Source of the DNA: Acidimicrobiales bacterium
GTDB lineage: Bacteria; Actinomycetota; Acidimicrobiia; Acidimicrobiales; VFJN01
DNA length: 64,000 nucleotides
Direction of reading: 5' to 3'
NCBI GenBank assembly: GCA_035263165.1
Contig: DATFRN010000450.1
Span: forward strand, 17,152-81,151
Part shown: positions 24,684 through 34,260 of the stretch, one piece after another
Layout of the letters: every line of letters starts with the position of its first letter
Numbering within the stretch: the first letter of the stretch is position 1
Translations under genes and position numbers: made by a program
The notes under the pieces: model-generated
What the model was told of the DNA's origin: nothing
Seen by the model: the letters and a program-made list of their open reading frames with translations, nothing else
The model's database searches: none

Positions 24684-26672
24684 TCAGGTGGTGTCGCCGA
24701 AAACGAACTCGTCGGGGTCGGTCTGCGACGTCCGCTGCCAGTACTCCAGCAGCGTGAACGGCCAGTTCTGGGCGATGTGCCCCCGCTCGTTCTTGTACCA
24801 CGTGTTGACGTCGGACACGCCCCACGCCATGCGCCCGTTCTCGGCGTCGCAGCGCTCGTTGAACTCGTCGTGCACGTCCTTGCGCACCTCGACCGACGAG
24901 TGGCCGCCGGCCAGCACCCGCCCCAGCAGGTCGAGGATGTGCCGCACCCCGCACTCGCTGAAGTAGACGATCGACCCGTTGACCACGATGTTGGTGTTCG
25001 GCCCGTAGAGCATGAAGAAGTTGGGGAACCCCGGCGCCGTGACCCCCAGGTAGGCCCGGGCGTCGGGCCCCCACTGCTCGTGCAGGTCGCGGCCGTCCCG
25101 GCCGGCCACCCGCATCGGCGTCAGGAACTGCGACGCCGTGAACCCGGTGCCGTAGACGATGACGTCGGCGGCGATCTCCTCGCCGCCCACCAGCCGGATG
25201 CCGCCCTCGGTGATGCGGTCGATGCCCTCGGTCACCAGCCGGACGTTGTCCCGCTTGAGCGCCGACGCCCACACCCCGTTGTCGCGGATGATGCGCTTGG
25301 ACCCCGGGGGGTAGGTGGGGAGGACGGCCGCCAGCAGGTCGGGCCGGTCGCCGAACTCGGCCTCGATGTAGGCGGTGAACAGCTGGCGGACGATCTCGTT
25401 GGCCATGCTGACCGAGCGGCCCTCGCCGTCCCAGGAGGGGTCCACCGTCACGCCGGCCAGGGCACCGTCGCCCATGCGCCAGAAGATGCAGAACCGCTGG
25501 AACTCGCTGTAGGCGGGCACGTGCCGGTACAGCCACCGGAGGCCGGGGGCGACCTCGTCGTGGTAGTCGGGCGTCGGCCCCAGCCAGGCCGGCGTGCGCT
25601 GGAACACCACCAGCTCGCCGGCCTCCTTGGCCACCTCGGGGATGAGCTGCATGGCGGAGGCGCCGGTGCCGATGACGGCCACCCGCTTGCCGGCCAGCGG
25701 CACGTCCGACCGCCACCGGGCCGAGTGCCAGGACGGGCCGGCGAAGTCGTCGCGCCCGGGGATGTCGGGCAGCTTGGGCCGGTTGAGCTGGCCCACCGCG
25801 CTGATCACGGCCTGGGCGTGCAGGGTCTGCTCGCCCTCGGCGGTGCGCACCCGCACCGCCCAGCGCTGCGCGGCCTCGGACCAGTCCGCCGCCAGCACCT
25901 CGGTGCCGAAGCGGATCCGGTCGCGCAGCCCGAACACGTCGGTGCAGTCCCGGAAGTAGCCGTGCAGCACCGGCTGGGTCGAGTAGTGCAGCGGCCAGTC
26001 GTGGCGCTGGGCGAACGAGTAGCTGTAGTTGTGGTTGGGGTTGTCGACCCGGCAGCCGGGATAGCCGTTCTCCCACCAGGTGCCGCCCACGTCGTCGTCC
26101 TTGTCGACCACCAGGAACGGCACGCCGGCCTGGTCGAGCCGGCGGGCGGCCAGCAGCCCGGACATGCCGGCCCCGATGACCAGCACCGAGAAGTCGGCGT
26201 CGGGCGCCACGTCGGCCTTGTGCCAGGTGGGGGCCCGCCGGTCCTCGCCGCGGTGGGCCAGCTCCTCCTCCAGCAGCGGCAGGTAGGGGCCCATCTCGCT
26301 GCCCGCCACCGCGAACTCCAGGATGCGCAGCACGTCGGCGTCCCCGGGCACCGGGGCGGGCACGCAGCCGCCGTCCCGGAACCGGATCAGCGCGGCCAGC
26401 GCCCGCTCGCGGATCTCGGCCTGCTGCTCGGGCGTGAGACCGGCCTGGGGCAGCGCCCCCAGCATCGGGTCGGGCCGCAGGTGCTCGACCAGCAGGGACA
26501 TGTCACCCGTCGAGTACGCCAGCGCCGGCAGCAGCGGCGGCAGCTCCGCCTCCTCGAGGATGGCCGCCAGCTGCTCGTCGGACTCGGTGATCGTCTCGAT
26601 CTCCCCGACGAACGGGCTGGCGGTGCCCGTGATGGCCCCGGCCGTGGATGGACGCCTTCCCTCGTCTCCCAT
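24684..26672 (-). CDS. Baeyer-Villiger-type flavin monooxygenase with an N-terminal extension
   Basis: VIGAGMSGL, GGTWWENGYPGCRVD, BVMO fingerprint FAGPSWHSARW (FxGxxxHxxxW), VIGTGASAMQ. Confidence 0.9.
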   Translation of the reverse strand: MGDEGRRPSTAGAITGTASPFVGEIETITESDEQLAAILEEAELPPLLPALAYSTGDMSLLVEHLRPDPMLGALPQAGLTPEQQAEIRERALAALIRFRDGGCVPAPVPGDADVLRILEFAVAGSEMGPYLPLLEEELAHRGEDRRAPTWHKADVAPDADFSVLVIGAGMSGLLAARRLDQAGVPFLVVDKDDDVGGTWWENGYPGCRVDNPNHNYSYSFAQRHDWPLHYSTQPVLHGYFRDCTDVFGLRDRIRFGTEVLAADWSEAAQRWAVRVRTAEGEQTLHAQAVISAVGQLNRPKLPDIPGRDDFAGPSWHSARWRSDVPLAGKRVAVIGTGASAMQLIPEVAKEAGELVVFQRTPAWLGPTPDYHDEVAPGLRWLYRHVPAYSEFQRFCIFWRMGDGALAGVTVDPSWDGEGRSVSMANEIVRQLFTAYIEAEFGDRPDLLAAVLPTYPPGSKRIIRDNGVWASALKRDNVRLVTEGIDRITEGGIRLVGGEEIAADVIVYGTGFTASQFLTPMRVAGRDGRDLHEQWGPDARAYLGVTAPGFPNFFMLYGPNTNIVVNGSIVYFSECGVRHILDLLGRVLAGGHSSVEVRKDVHDEFNERCDAENGRMAWGVSDVNTWYKNERGHIAQNWPFTLLEYWQRTSQTDPDEFVFGDTT

Positions 26673-26705
26673 GGCCGGACTCTAACCAGGGATGGTTCCG
26701 ACGGC

Positions 26706-27992
26706 TCAGCCCAGGACGCCCTTGGCCACGTCGAGCGGGCGGTCGAGGCGGACGACGATGAACTCGTCCTCGTCGGCCCTGTCCGGCGCCCGTCCACCGG
26801 CGCCGGGGAAGTTGTTGTCGTTGAGCAGGGACAGCGTGTTGCGGTCCTCGATCGCCACCGACTCGATGGTCACGAACGGGAAGGTGAAGAAGTCGCCGAA
26901 GCCGCCCACCTTGCCCGGGTCGGGCACGGCCAGCAGGTTGACCAGCAGGTCCTTGTCCACGTAGCCGTCGTGGTCGCGGTCGCGCAGGTCGATCAGGTAC
27001 ACCGCCTTGAGCCGGGCGGCCGGCCCCGAGGACTGGTCCCGCTCGATGGCCAGCATCTGGTGGTCGTTGACCGCCACCAGGTCGCCGATCGAGTCGCTGG
27101 GGAACTCGAGCCGGTACCGGAACACGTCGCCGGTGAACCGGGCCCTGCCCTTGCGGTCGAGGTCGGCCCGGAAGATGCGCAGGTCGGCGCCGAGCCCGGC
27201 GGCGGTGTCCTCGGCCACCGGCCCCTCCAGCATCGGGTACAGCGTGCGCCCGTCGGGCGACATGGCCATGCCCTCGAAGCCCTTGGAGTTGGCCAGGTTG
27301 GGCGTCTCGCCGGGGGCCAGGGTCGGGCTGGACGGCGACTTCACGCCGGGCGTCGGCACCGGCGCCGACAGCAGCCGGCCGTGGTCGTCGGTGTGGAGCA
27401 GGAACGGGCCGAACTCCTCGCCGAACCAGAACGTGCCGTCGGGGGCGATCTCCATCGACTCGATGTCGAAGTCCCAGCCGGTCAGCACGCGGTCGGGCGC
27501 CGGGCACGTGTAGCCGGCGGGCAGCGTCGCCGCCGCCGTGCAGCCGCCGTCCCGCCAGATCGTCCACGGGACGCGGTGGTCGGGGTCGGACAGCCCGAAG
27601 CCGCCGTCGAGCGCGGTCGTCACGCCGGTGGTGGTGTCGGGCCGGATGCGGTGGACCCGCAGCTCGAAGTCCTGGCTGTTGGCCTTGCTGCCGAACCCGT
27701 TGTCGCTCATCACCAGGTAGGTGCCGTCGCCGTTGCGGTGCACGGCCGAGAAGCCCTGGACCGGCTGGCCGGGGAAGGGGGCGGCGATCGGGGTGGTGAT
27801 GCCGGTGAAGAAGCCGGAGGCGTCGCTGCCCGGCCGGTAGGTCTCGGCCGGCAGCACCGACCGCCCGACCAGGCGGGCCTGCTGGACGGCCTCGGGACGG
27901 GTGTCGCCGGTGCCGCCCGCGGCGGCGCCGGCGGCGACACCGAGGGCCAGGGCGAGCGCCACCGCGCCCGCCGGAAGGGTCGTGCGCTGCAT
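26706..27992 (-). CDS. Secreted esterase-like-activity-of-phytase family protein
   Basis: From ATG 27992: the signal peptide MQRTTLPAGAVALALALGVAAGAAAG, then SDNGFG...SKGFEGMAMSPDG...NDNNFP. Confidence 0.75.
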   Translation of the reverse strand: MQRTTLPAGAVALALALGVAAGAAAGGTGDTRPEAVQQARLVGRSVLPAETYRPGSDASGFFTGITTPIAAPFPGQPVQGFSAVHRNGDGTYLVMSDNGFGSKANSQDFELRVHRIRPDTTTGVTTALDGGFGLSDPDHRVPWTIWRDGGCTAAATLPAGYTCPAPDRVLTGWDFDIESMEIAPDGTFWFGEEFGPFLLHTDDHGRLLSAPVPTPGVKSPSSPTLAPGETPNLANSKGFEGMAMSPDGRTLYPMLEGPVAEDTAAGLGADLRIFRADLDRKGRARFTGDVFRYRLEFPSDSIGDLVAVNDHQMLAIERDQSSGPAARLKAVYLIDLRDRDHDGYVDKDLLVNLLAVPDPGKVGGFGDFFTFPFVTIESVAIEDRNTLSLLNDNNFPGAGGRAPDRADEDEFIVVRLDRPLDVAKGVLG

Positions 27993-28091
27993 GGGGCGCA
28001 GGGGACCACGCCGGGGTGACGCGGGACTGGCCGACCGGTGACCCCGGCCGGCCAGTCGCCTGAACAATGGGAGAACGCCCCGCCCGCGGGA

Positions 28092-28469
28092 TCAGGGGAA
28101 GTTGGTGTCGATGTGGATGGTCTGGCTGTTGGTCCAGCCCGTCGAGCTCGGCTCGTAGATCACCTGGACGTTGCCGCCCTGGTGGAACTCGAACTGCCAG
28201 CGGCGGTCTGCACCGCAGTTGAAGCCCGTGTGGACCACGTAGTAGTTCGTGTCGCCGGCCAGGATCGTGTCGGAACTGCTGCCGATCACGTTCCACCATC
28301 CGCCCTGGATCTTCACCTTGCTGCCCGACCAGTCGACCGTCGAGTCGACCGTGTCGCGGTTGTGGAGCTCGACATTGACGTTGCAGGCGGCGAACGCGGG
28401 GGTCGCGTGGAACCCCACGACGCTCGCGATCGCCAGTGCGGCGGACGCCGCCATCGTCCGGATCTTCAT
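28092..28469 (-). CDS. Small secreted hypothetical protein (125 aa), beta-rich, with lower GC
   Basis: GGAGGTG lies 6 nt before ATG 28469. Signal peptide is MKIRTMAASAALAIASVVGFHATPAFA. The mature part is N/T/S/W/Y-rich with 2 Cys. The gene is visibly AT-richer than its neighbours. Confidence 0.7.
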   Translation of the reverse strand: MKIRTMAASAALAIASVVGFHATPAFAACNVNVELHNRDTVDSTVDWSGSKVKIQGGWWNVIGSSSDTILAGDTNYYVVHTGFNCGADRRWQFEFHQGGNVQVIYEPSSTGWTNSQTIHIDTNFP

Positions 28470-28687
28470 GGCCCACCTCCGTGGGAGTCGCTGTCGCGGC
28501 CACCTCGGCCGCCCGGCCAGGCTCGGGTGGGGGCGTGAACGAGGCGCGAACCACGACCACGCTGCGGAGTGGGTTAAGCGCGACTAGGAGTGGGGTTAAC
28601 GTTCCTCTAAGTGACGTTCATCCTTTGACATGCGCTCTCAGCGCGCGGAGACTCGCCCGTGGGCGGCACGAGGGGACGGGGGTCTCC

Positions 28688-29254
28688 ATGCGAGTCATGC
28701 GAGTGGCGTTTGCAGTCGCGCTCGGCTGCGGATTGGCGGTGGCCTGGGCCGGTCCCGGCGCCCTCGCCGACTCCGGCCCCGGTGGGGGCGGCGGCCGGGA
28801 CGGCGGCGGCGGGGTCCGCGACGTCCAGGTGCGGGACGACTGCGACCCGGCGACGTTCAACGCCCAGCTGGGTGGCGGGGCCTGCGTCGGCAACGGCGAC
28901 ACCACCTTCGCCCAGTTCCAGGCCCGCCTGAACCCGACGGACTTCGGCGACGGCCACTGGAAGTTCAACCCCGACCGGTCCGACATCCACCGCGGCGAGG
29001 CGCTGCACCCGTTCAACCGGGGCGGCGAGACCCACACCTTCACGCCGGTGGCCCAGTTCGGCGCCGGCTGCGTGGCCCCGCTCAACCAGCCCCTCGGGCT
29101 GACCGACCCCCCGGTGGCCGACTGCAGCACGGTGCTGACCACCACCGCGCTGGCGCCGGGCCAGAGCCGGACGCTGACGAACCTGGCGCCGGGCGTCCAC
29201 CGGTACCAGTGCATGATCCATCCCTGGATGCGCTCGACCATCACGGTCAGATAG
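28688..29254 (+). CDS. Secreted cupredoxin-like (blue-copper) protein
   Basis: MRVMRVAFAVALGCGLAVAWAGPGALA signal peptide. Candidate His ligands occur upstream (ETHTF, GVHRY), and the C-terminal ligand cluster is YQCMIHPWMRSTITV (C-x2-H-x2-M). Confidence 0.7.
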   Translation: MRVMRVAFAVALGCGLAVAWAGPGALADSGPGGGGGRDGGGGVRDVQVRDDCDPATFNAQLGGGACVGNGDTTFAQFQARLNPTDFGDGHWKFNPDRSDIHRGEALHPFNRGGETHTFTPVAQFGAGCVAPLNQPLGLTDPPVADCSTVLTTTALAPGQSRTLTNLAPGVHRYQCMIHPWMRSTITVR

Positions 29255-29331
29255 CCGGCGAGCCCCCGGCGGTCCTCGGCCGCGGCTCGGGTGACAGGCG
29301 CCCGGGTCGCGGTCGAGGTCGTTTTCCGGGT

Positions 29332-31023
29332 CTACGAGCCGTCGCCCATGAACCCGAGCCCCGGCGGCGGCGCGACCGACCGGGGCGGCGCCGGGTCGAG
29401 GGCGAAGACCCGGGTGGTGCGGCCCTCGTCGGTGGTGGCGTAGGCGAGGCGGAGCCCGGCGGGCGGTGGCCCGTCGAGCAGCGGCAGGACCTGGGGCCGC
29501 ACCCGGCCGGCGCTGGTCTGGTCGACCACCAGCCAGCGGGCGCCGTAGTGGCGGGCGAAGGCGAGGATCCCGTCGAGGTCGGCGTAGGGCATGGCCAGGG
29601 TCGGGCGGTGGGCGTAGTACTCCACGACGAAGCTGCGCATCATCACCCGGTCGCCCGGGGCCGTGTGGGCGGCGACCCACTCGCCGGCCCGGCGCTGGTC
29701 GGTGTGGTCGACCGGGTGCCACCAGCCACCGTCGCCGACGAAGGCGCCGAGCGACGCGGCCAGCAGGACCGCCCCGAGGGCCGCCGCCGCGGGCCGTCGC
29801 CGGCGCGGGACGACCTCGGCCAGCCCGACGCCGGCCAGGACCACGGCGACCGCCACGGTGACGACCAGGTAGCGGGGCTGGACGAAGAAGGCCAGGGAGG
29901 TGGCCACCGGCGCCAGGCCGGCGGCCACCAGGAGGCGGACCGGCCCGCGGCGCCGGTGGCGCCGGCCGGCCCGGACGGCCAGGAGCCACACCGGCACCGG
30001 CAGCAGCCACCAGGCCCCGACGTTCCGGGCCAGCTCGACGACGTTGGTGGCGAGGATGCCGGCGTACCCGCCGGGATCGTCGCGGGCCAGTGCGGTCAGC
30101 GGCCGGTGCGCGGCGGGGACCCGCCAGGTGTCGCCGACCGGCGAGTACAGCACCCGGTCCCGGGCCTCCCGGTCGCCCCGGGCGACGGCGGCCCACGCCT
30201 CGATCGACACGTCCTGGGCCTTGGCGGTCAGCTCCCACCGCCCGGTGTTGCCGTGCAGGTAGGCGGCATAGGGCGCCACGCACAGGGCCAGCGGCACCAG
30301 GAAGGCGGCCAGCGGCGCCCCGAGCGCGGCCGGCGACCGGGGCCGGGCCCGCCAGGCGGTGACCGCCACCGCGGTGGCCAGCGGGAGCGCCAGGAGCAGG
30401 CCCTCGGGGCGGGCCAGGTAGGCCAGGCCCAGGCTGGTGCCCGCCGCGGCCGTGCGGGCCAGGCGCCGGGCGCCCCGGTGGTCGGCGGCGGAGACCGTCC
30501 ACCAGGCGGCCACGACCACCAGCAGCGCGTACTCCGCCTCGCTGCCCGCGCCGCGGGCGGCCGGGGTCGTGGCCAGGCCCGGGGCCAGGGCCGCCAGCCA
30601 GGCGGTGGCCAGGCCGGCCCGCGGGCCCCCGATGCGCCGGCCCAGCAGCGCCAGCGGCACGATGAGCGCGGTGCCGGACAGCCAGGTCAGCACCACGGTC
30701 CCCGTGTGGGGGTCGGGCACCACCTCGCCCGCCGCGCCCAGCAGCGCCGGGATCAGCGGCGGGAAGTGCAGCTCGGGCCGCCCATCCCGGGCGAAGCCGT
30801 CCCCCGCCACCAGCGACAGCCCGGAGGCCAGGTAGGCGGTCTCGTCGGTGGACGGGGCGTCGTCGGTGGCGCCGATCCCCACCCGTAGCGCCAGGCCGGC
30901 CAGCAGCGCCGCCGCCACCGCCAGCCAGAACCGGCGCCGGCCCGGGGCCCGGGCCGGCGCCGCGACCGTCGCCGGGGCGGGCGGCGCGGGCGCGGCCGGC
31001 CGCAGCGTCGTTGCCGCAGACAT
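29332..31023 (-). CDS. GT-C fold glycosyltransferase (ArnT/PMT, GT39/83-like) membrane protein
   Basis: 563 aa and polytopic. First-loop motif is DDAPSTDETAYLASG. The C-terminal domain is soluble. Confidence 0.7.
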   Translation of the reverse strand: MSAATTLRPAAPAPPAPATVAAPARAPGRRRFWLAVAAALLAGLALRVGIGATDDAPSTDETAYLASGLSLVAGDGFARDGRPELHFPPLIPALLGAAGEVVPDPHTGTVVLTWLSGTALIVPLALLGRRIGGPRAGLATAWLAALAPGLATTPAARGAGSEAEYALLVVVAAWWTVSAADHRGARRLARTAAAGTSLGLAYLARPEGLLLALPLATAVAVTAWRARPRSPAALGAPLAAFLVPLALCVAPYAAYLHGNTGRWELTAKAQDVSIEAWAAVARGDREARDRVLYSPVGDTWRVPAAHRPLTALARDDPGGYAGILATNVVELARNVGAWWLLPVPVWLLAVRAGRRHRRRGPVRLLVAAGLAPVATSLAFFVQPRYLVVTVAVAVVLAGVGLAEVVPRRRRPAAAALGAVLLAASLGAFVGDGGWWHPVDHTDQRRAGEWVAAHTAPGDRVMMRSFVVEYYAHRPTLAMPYADLDGILAFARHYGARWLVVDQTSAGRVRPQVLPLLDGPPPAGLRLAYATTDEGRTTRVFALDPAPPRSVAPPPGLGFMGDGS

Positions 31024-31126
31024 GCGTGCGGCACCGTACGGACCGCCGGTGGCCGCCCGGTGACCCCCGAGCCCCGCCCCGGTGACGCCGGGGCGATGAT
31101 TCGGCGAACACCGCGAGCAGGGACGA

Positions 31127-31606
31127 TCAGCCGGCGGCCGCGGCCCGCAGCCGGGCCAGCTGGCGGGCGAACTCCTCGCCGTCCAGCGCCGGCGGTCCCT
31201 CCCACGCCACCGGCAGCGGCCGCCCCGGGGCCGGGTCCTCGGGGTAGCGCGGGATCACGTGGGTGTGGACGTGGGGCACGGAGTTCCCGAGCAGCTGGTA
31301 GTTGAGGTGGCAGGGCCCGAACACGGCCCGGATGGCCCGCCCCGCCGCCCGCACGTCCCGCCAGTACCCGGCCAGCTCGTCGTCGGTCAGGTCGATCGGG
31401 TCGGCCACGTGCCGGCCCCGGAACATCACCACGGAGTAGCCCGCCGAGAAGGGCCGCCGCTGGAGGTAGGCGTCGGCCGCCTCCCCGGCCAGGTAGCGGG
31501 CGCCCCACTCGTCCTCGTCCGCGCCCTGCCGGATCAGTCCGCACATGGGGCAGCCGTCCCCGTCCCGCCAGGTGAACCACTGCTCCGGCCACGTCTGCTC
31601 GCTCAT
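31127..31606 (-). CDS. HIT family protein
   Basis: Histidine triad VPHVHTHVIPR, with CPMC near the N-terminus. Confidence 0.9.
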   Translation of the reverse strand: MSEQTWPEQWFTWRDGDGCPMCGLIRQGADEDEWGARYLAGEAADAYLQRRPFSAGYSVVMFRGRHVADPIDLTDDELAGYWRDVRAAGRAIRAVFGPCHLNYQLLGNSVPHVHTHVIPRYPEDPAPGRPLPVAWEGPPALDGEEFARQLARLRAAAAG

Positions 31607-31719
31607 CCCGCCATCGTGCCCGCGATCGCGGGGATGGGGGTTTCGGACTTACCGGCGGTAGCCTCACGGGCGCCGCCGGTCGCCGCCGTTGGACCGGCCC
31701 GCAGCGAGGGGGAATCGCC

Positions 31720-32604
31720 ATGCGTCGTCGTCGTGCCTGGATCGCAGCCGCGCTGTCGCTGGTGCTCGTGCTGGTCGCCGGGGGCTGCGACCTGCTGGCG
31801 ACGCCCACCGATCCGGGGCCGCTGCGCTACCGGGACGCGATCTTCACGGGGGTCACCAAGACCGCCGACATCAGCTACGGCCACGCCGTCGACCAGGACG
31901 GCGTCGACAACAACCTCACCCTCGACATGTACCAGCCCGCGGGCGACACCGCGCGGGCGCGGCCGGCCATCGTCTGGGTCCACGGCGGCAGCTTCAAGGG
32001 CGGGAGCAAGACGTCCGGCGAGCTGGTGGACGAGGCCAACTACTTCGCCCAGCGGGGCTACGTGAACGTCTCGATCAACTACCGCCTCTGGTCGGGCGGG
32101 TGCCCGGGCACCGACATCCCCAAGTGCGTCACCGCCATCATCCAGGCCCAGCAGGACGCCCAGACCGCCGTCCGCTTCCTGCGCCAGAACGCGGCCGCCT
32201 ACCGCATCGACCCGGACCGGATCGCCATCGGCGGCTCGTCGGCCGGGGCCATCACCGCGCTCAACGTCGGCTTCTCACCAGAGAACCCCGGCCCGGGCGA
32301 CCACCAGGGCTTCTCGTCGGCCGTGCGGGCCGTCCAGTCGCTGTCCGGCGCCCAGATCGCCAGCAGCCCGATCAACCCCGGCGACGCCCCCGCCCTGCTG
32401 TTCCACGGCACCGCGGATCCGCTCGTCGCCTACTCCTCGGCCCAGCACACCGCCGACGTGGCCAACCAGAGCGGGGTGCCGGCCGTCCTCGTGACCTGGG
32501 AGGGCGCCGGCCACGTGCCCTACACCGAGCACCGCACCGAGATCCTGACGGACACGAGCAACTTCTTCTACTGGCAGCTCAGCCTGGCCGACGCGGCCCG
32601 CTAG
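31720..32604 (+). CDS. Alpha/beta hydrolase (carboxylesterase-like) lipoprotein
   Basis: Lipobox LVAGGC, oxyanion VWVHGGSF, nucleophile elbow GGSSAG. Confidence 0.85.
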   Translation: MRRRRAWIAAALSLVLVLVAGGCDLLATPTDPGPLRYRDAIFTGVTKTADISYGHAVDQDGVDNNLTLDMYQPAGDTARARPAIVWVHGGSFKGGSKTSGELVDEANYFAQRGYVNVSINYRLWSGGCPGTDIPKCVTAIIQAQQDAQTAVRFLRQNAAAYRIDPDRIAIGGSSAGAITALNVGFSPENPGPGDHQGFSSAVRAVQSLSGAQIASSPINPGDAPALLFHGTADPLVAYSSAQHTADVANQSGVPAVLVTWEGAGHVPYTEHRTEILTDTSNFFYWQLSLADAAR

Positions 32605-33550
32605 CCGCCGCGGGCGGCGCGTCGCCGACCGGCACCACGTCGACGCGGGTGATGGCCTCCTCGCGGGAGGTCAGGTCGCGCTCGATCCCCGCCACCAGCG
32701 CCTCGACCTCGGCGCCGGTCAGCCCGTCGTCGACGTCGACCCGGGCCACCACCCACACCTCGGACGGCCCGGTGAAGCTCACCACCAGGTCGCGCAGGCC
32801 CACCACCCCCGGCCACCCCTCCAGCATCCGGGCGATGCGCTCCTTGCCGGCCGGCGACACCTCCTCGCCCACCAGGAAGTCCCGGTTGCGGGACACCAGG
32901 AACCAGGCCACCCCGGCCAGCACGATGCCGATGGCGATCGAGGCCACCGCGTCGGGGACGACCGACCCGGTGATCTCGTGGAGCCCGATGCCCACGAAGG
33001 CGATCACGTTGCCGATGAGGGCGGCGGCGTCCTCGGCGAACACGGCCCGGGTGGTGGGGTCGGAGGTGAGCCGGACGTGCTCGAGCACGCCCCGCTCCAG
33101 CTCGGCCGCCTCGCCCTTGAGCTGGCGTGACGCCTGGGCGAACGAGATCGCCTCCAGCGTGAAGGCCACGGCCAGCACGACGTAGGCCACGGCGAACGAG
33201 GTGGCCTCGTTGGGCGCGAACAGCTCGTGGATGCCCTGGAGGATGGCCACCACCGAGCCGACGACGAACACGCCGATGGCGGCCAGCAGCGCCCAGAAGT
33301 AGGCCTCCCGGCCCCGGCTGAGGTGCCCGGGCTCGGCCCGGTGGCTGCGGCGCTGGCCGACCAGCAGCAGCACCTCGTTGCCGGTGTCGGCCACCGAGTG
33401 CACCGTCTCGGCGAACATGGCCGTCGAGCCGGTGATGACCGCCGCCACCGCCTTGGCCAGCGCGATGCCGGCGTTGGCCAGCAGCGCCACGATCACGGTG
33501 CGGAGGCTCTCGTCGCGGGTCGGCTCGCTCGGCTCGCTCACGGTCACCAT
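32579..33550 (-). CDS. Cation diffusion facilitator family transporter
   Basis: From ATG 33550: ...AVITGSTAMFAETVHSVADTGNEVLLL... with 6 TM helices and a C-terminal cytoplasmic domain. Confidence 0.9.
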   Translation of the reverse strand: MVTVSEPSEPTRDESLRTVIVALLANAGIALAKAVAAVITGSTAMFAETVHSVADTGNEVLLLVGQRRSHRAEPGHLSRGREAYFWALLAAIGVFVVGSVVAILQGIHELFAPNEATSFAVAYVVLAVAFTLEAISFAQASRQLKGEAAELERGVLEHVRLTSDPTTRAVFAEDAAALIGNVIAFVGIGLHEITGSVVPDAVASIAIGIVLAGVAWFLVSRNRDFLVGEEVSPAGKERIARMLEGWPGVVGLRDLVVSFTGPSEVWVVARVDVDDGLTGAEVEALVAGIERDLTSREEAITRVDVVPVGDAPPAAASGPRRPG

Positions 33551-33582
33551 CTTCCCCGCCTGCGGTCGGCCAGACTCTGGCC

Positions 33583-34260
33583 GTGCCCAAGCCACGCGCC
33601 CGCCACGTCGCTCCGCGGGACTCGACCTGGTGGGACCCCGCCGACCGGGGCTGGTGGATCGCGGTGCTGTTCGCGGTGGGGGCGACGTGCTTCGCGCTCG
33701 GCGCCGCCCCCGGCTACGTGGACGCGGTGGGCGTGCCGGCCGACGGTGTCACGTTCTTCGTGGGCTCGCTGTTCTTCACCAGTGCCGCCGCGCTCCAGTT
33801 CCTGGAGGTGGCCGGCCGGCGCGCCGCCGACCCGGTCGACTGGTGGGCGGGGGCCGTCCAGCTGGCCGGCACCCTGCTGTTCAACGTCAGCACCGGCGTC
33901 GCCATGGCCCAGCACCTCACCGCCCGCCAGGAGGACCGGCTGGTGTGGCGGCCCGACGCCTTCGGGTCGATCGCGTTCCTGGTGGCCAGCGGCCTCGCCT
34001 GGTGGGCCACCTGCCGGGGCTGGTGGTCGTGGCGGCCCCGCGACCTGTCGTGGTCGATCGCCGCCCTCAACCTGGCCGGGTCGATCGCCTTCGGCGTCTC
34101 GGCCGTGGCGTCCTACGTCGTGCCCACCGAGGACCAGCCCCGCAACGTCGCGCTGATGAACCTGGGAACGTTCGTCGGCGCCCTGTGCTTCCTGGCCGGC
34201 GCCCTGCTCCTGCTGCCCGAGCGCACCCGGGCGCCGGCGCTAGCGTCGTCGCGTGCTTGA
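33583..34260 (+). CDS. Integral membrane protein (YrhK-like repeats)
   Basis: 225 aa, GTG start. Repeated FxxGSxxF / aromatic-rich TM pairs: FFVGSLFFTSAAALQF, GSIAFLVASGLAWW, GTFVGALCFLAGALL. Confidence 0.6.
   Translation: MPKPRARHVAPRDSTWWDPADRGWWIAVLFAVGATCFALGAAPGYVDAVGVPADGVTFFVGSLFFTSAAALQFLEVAGRRAADPVDWWAGAVQLAGTLLFNVSTGVAMAQHLTARQEDRLVWRPDAFGSIAFLVASGLAWWATCRGWWSWRPRDLSWSIAALNLAGSIAFGVSAVASYVVPTEDQPRNVALMNLGTFVGALCFLAGALLLLPERTRAPALASSRA

Noticed and set aside
24777-28019. 1080-aa + strand ORF
   Set aside because: It is antisense to the BVMO and phytase-like genes, both of which carry diagnostic motifs. Its composition is typical of an off-frame GC-rich translation.
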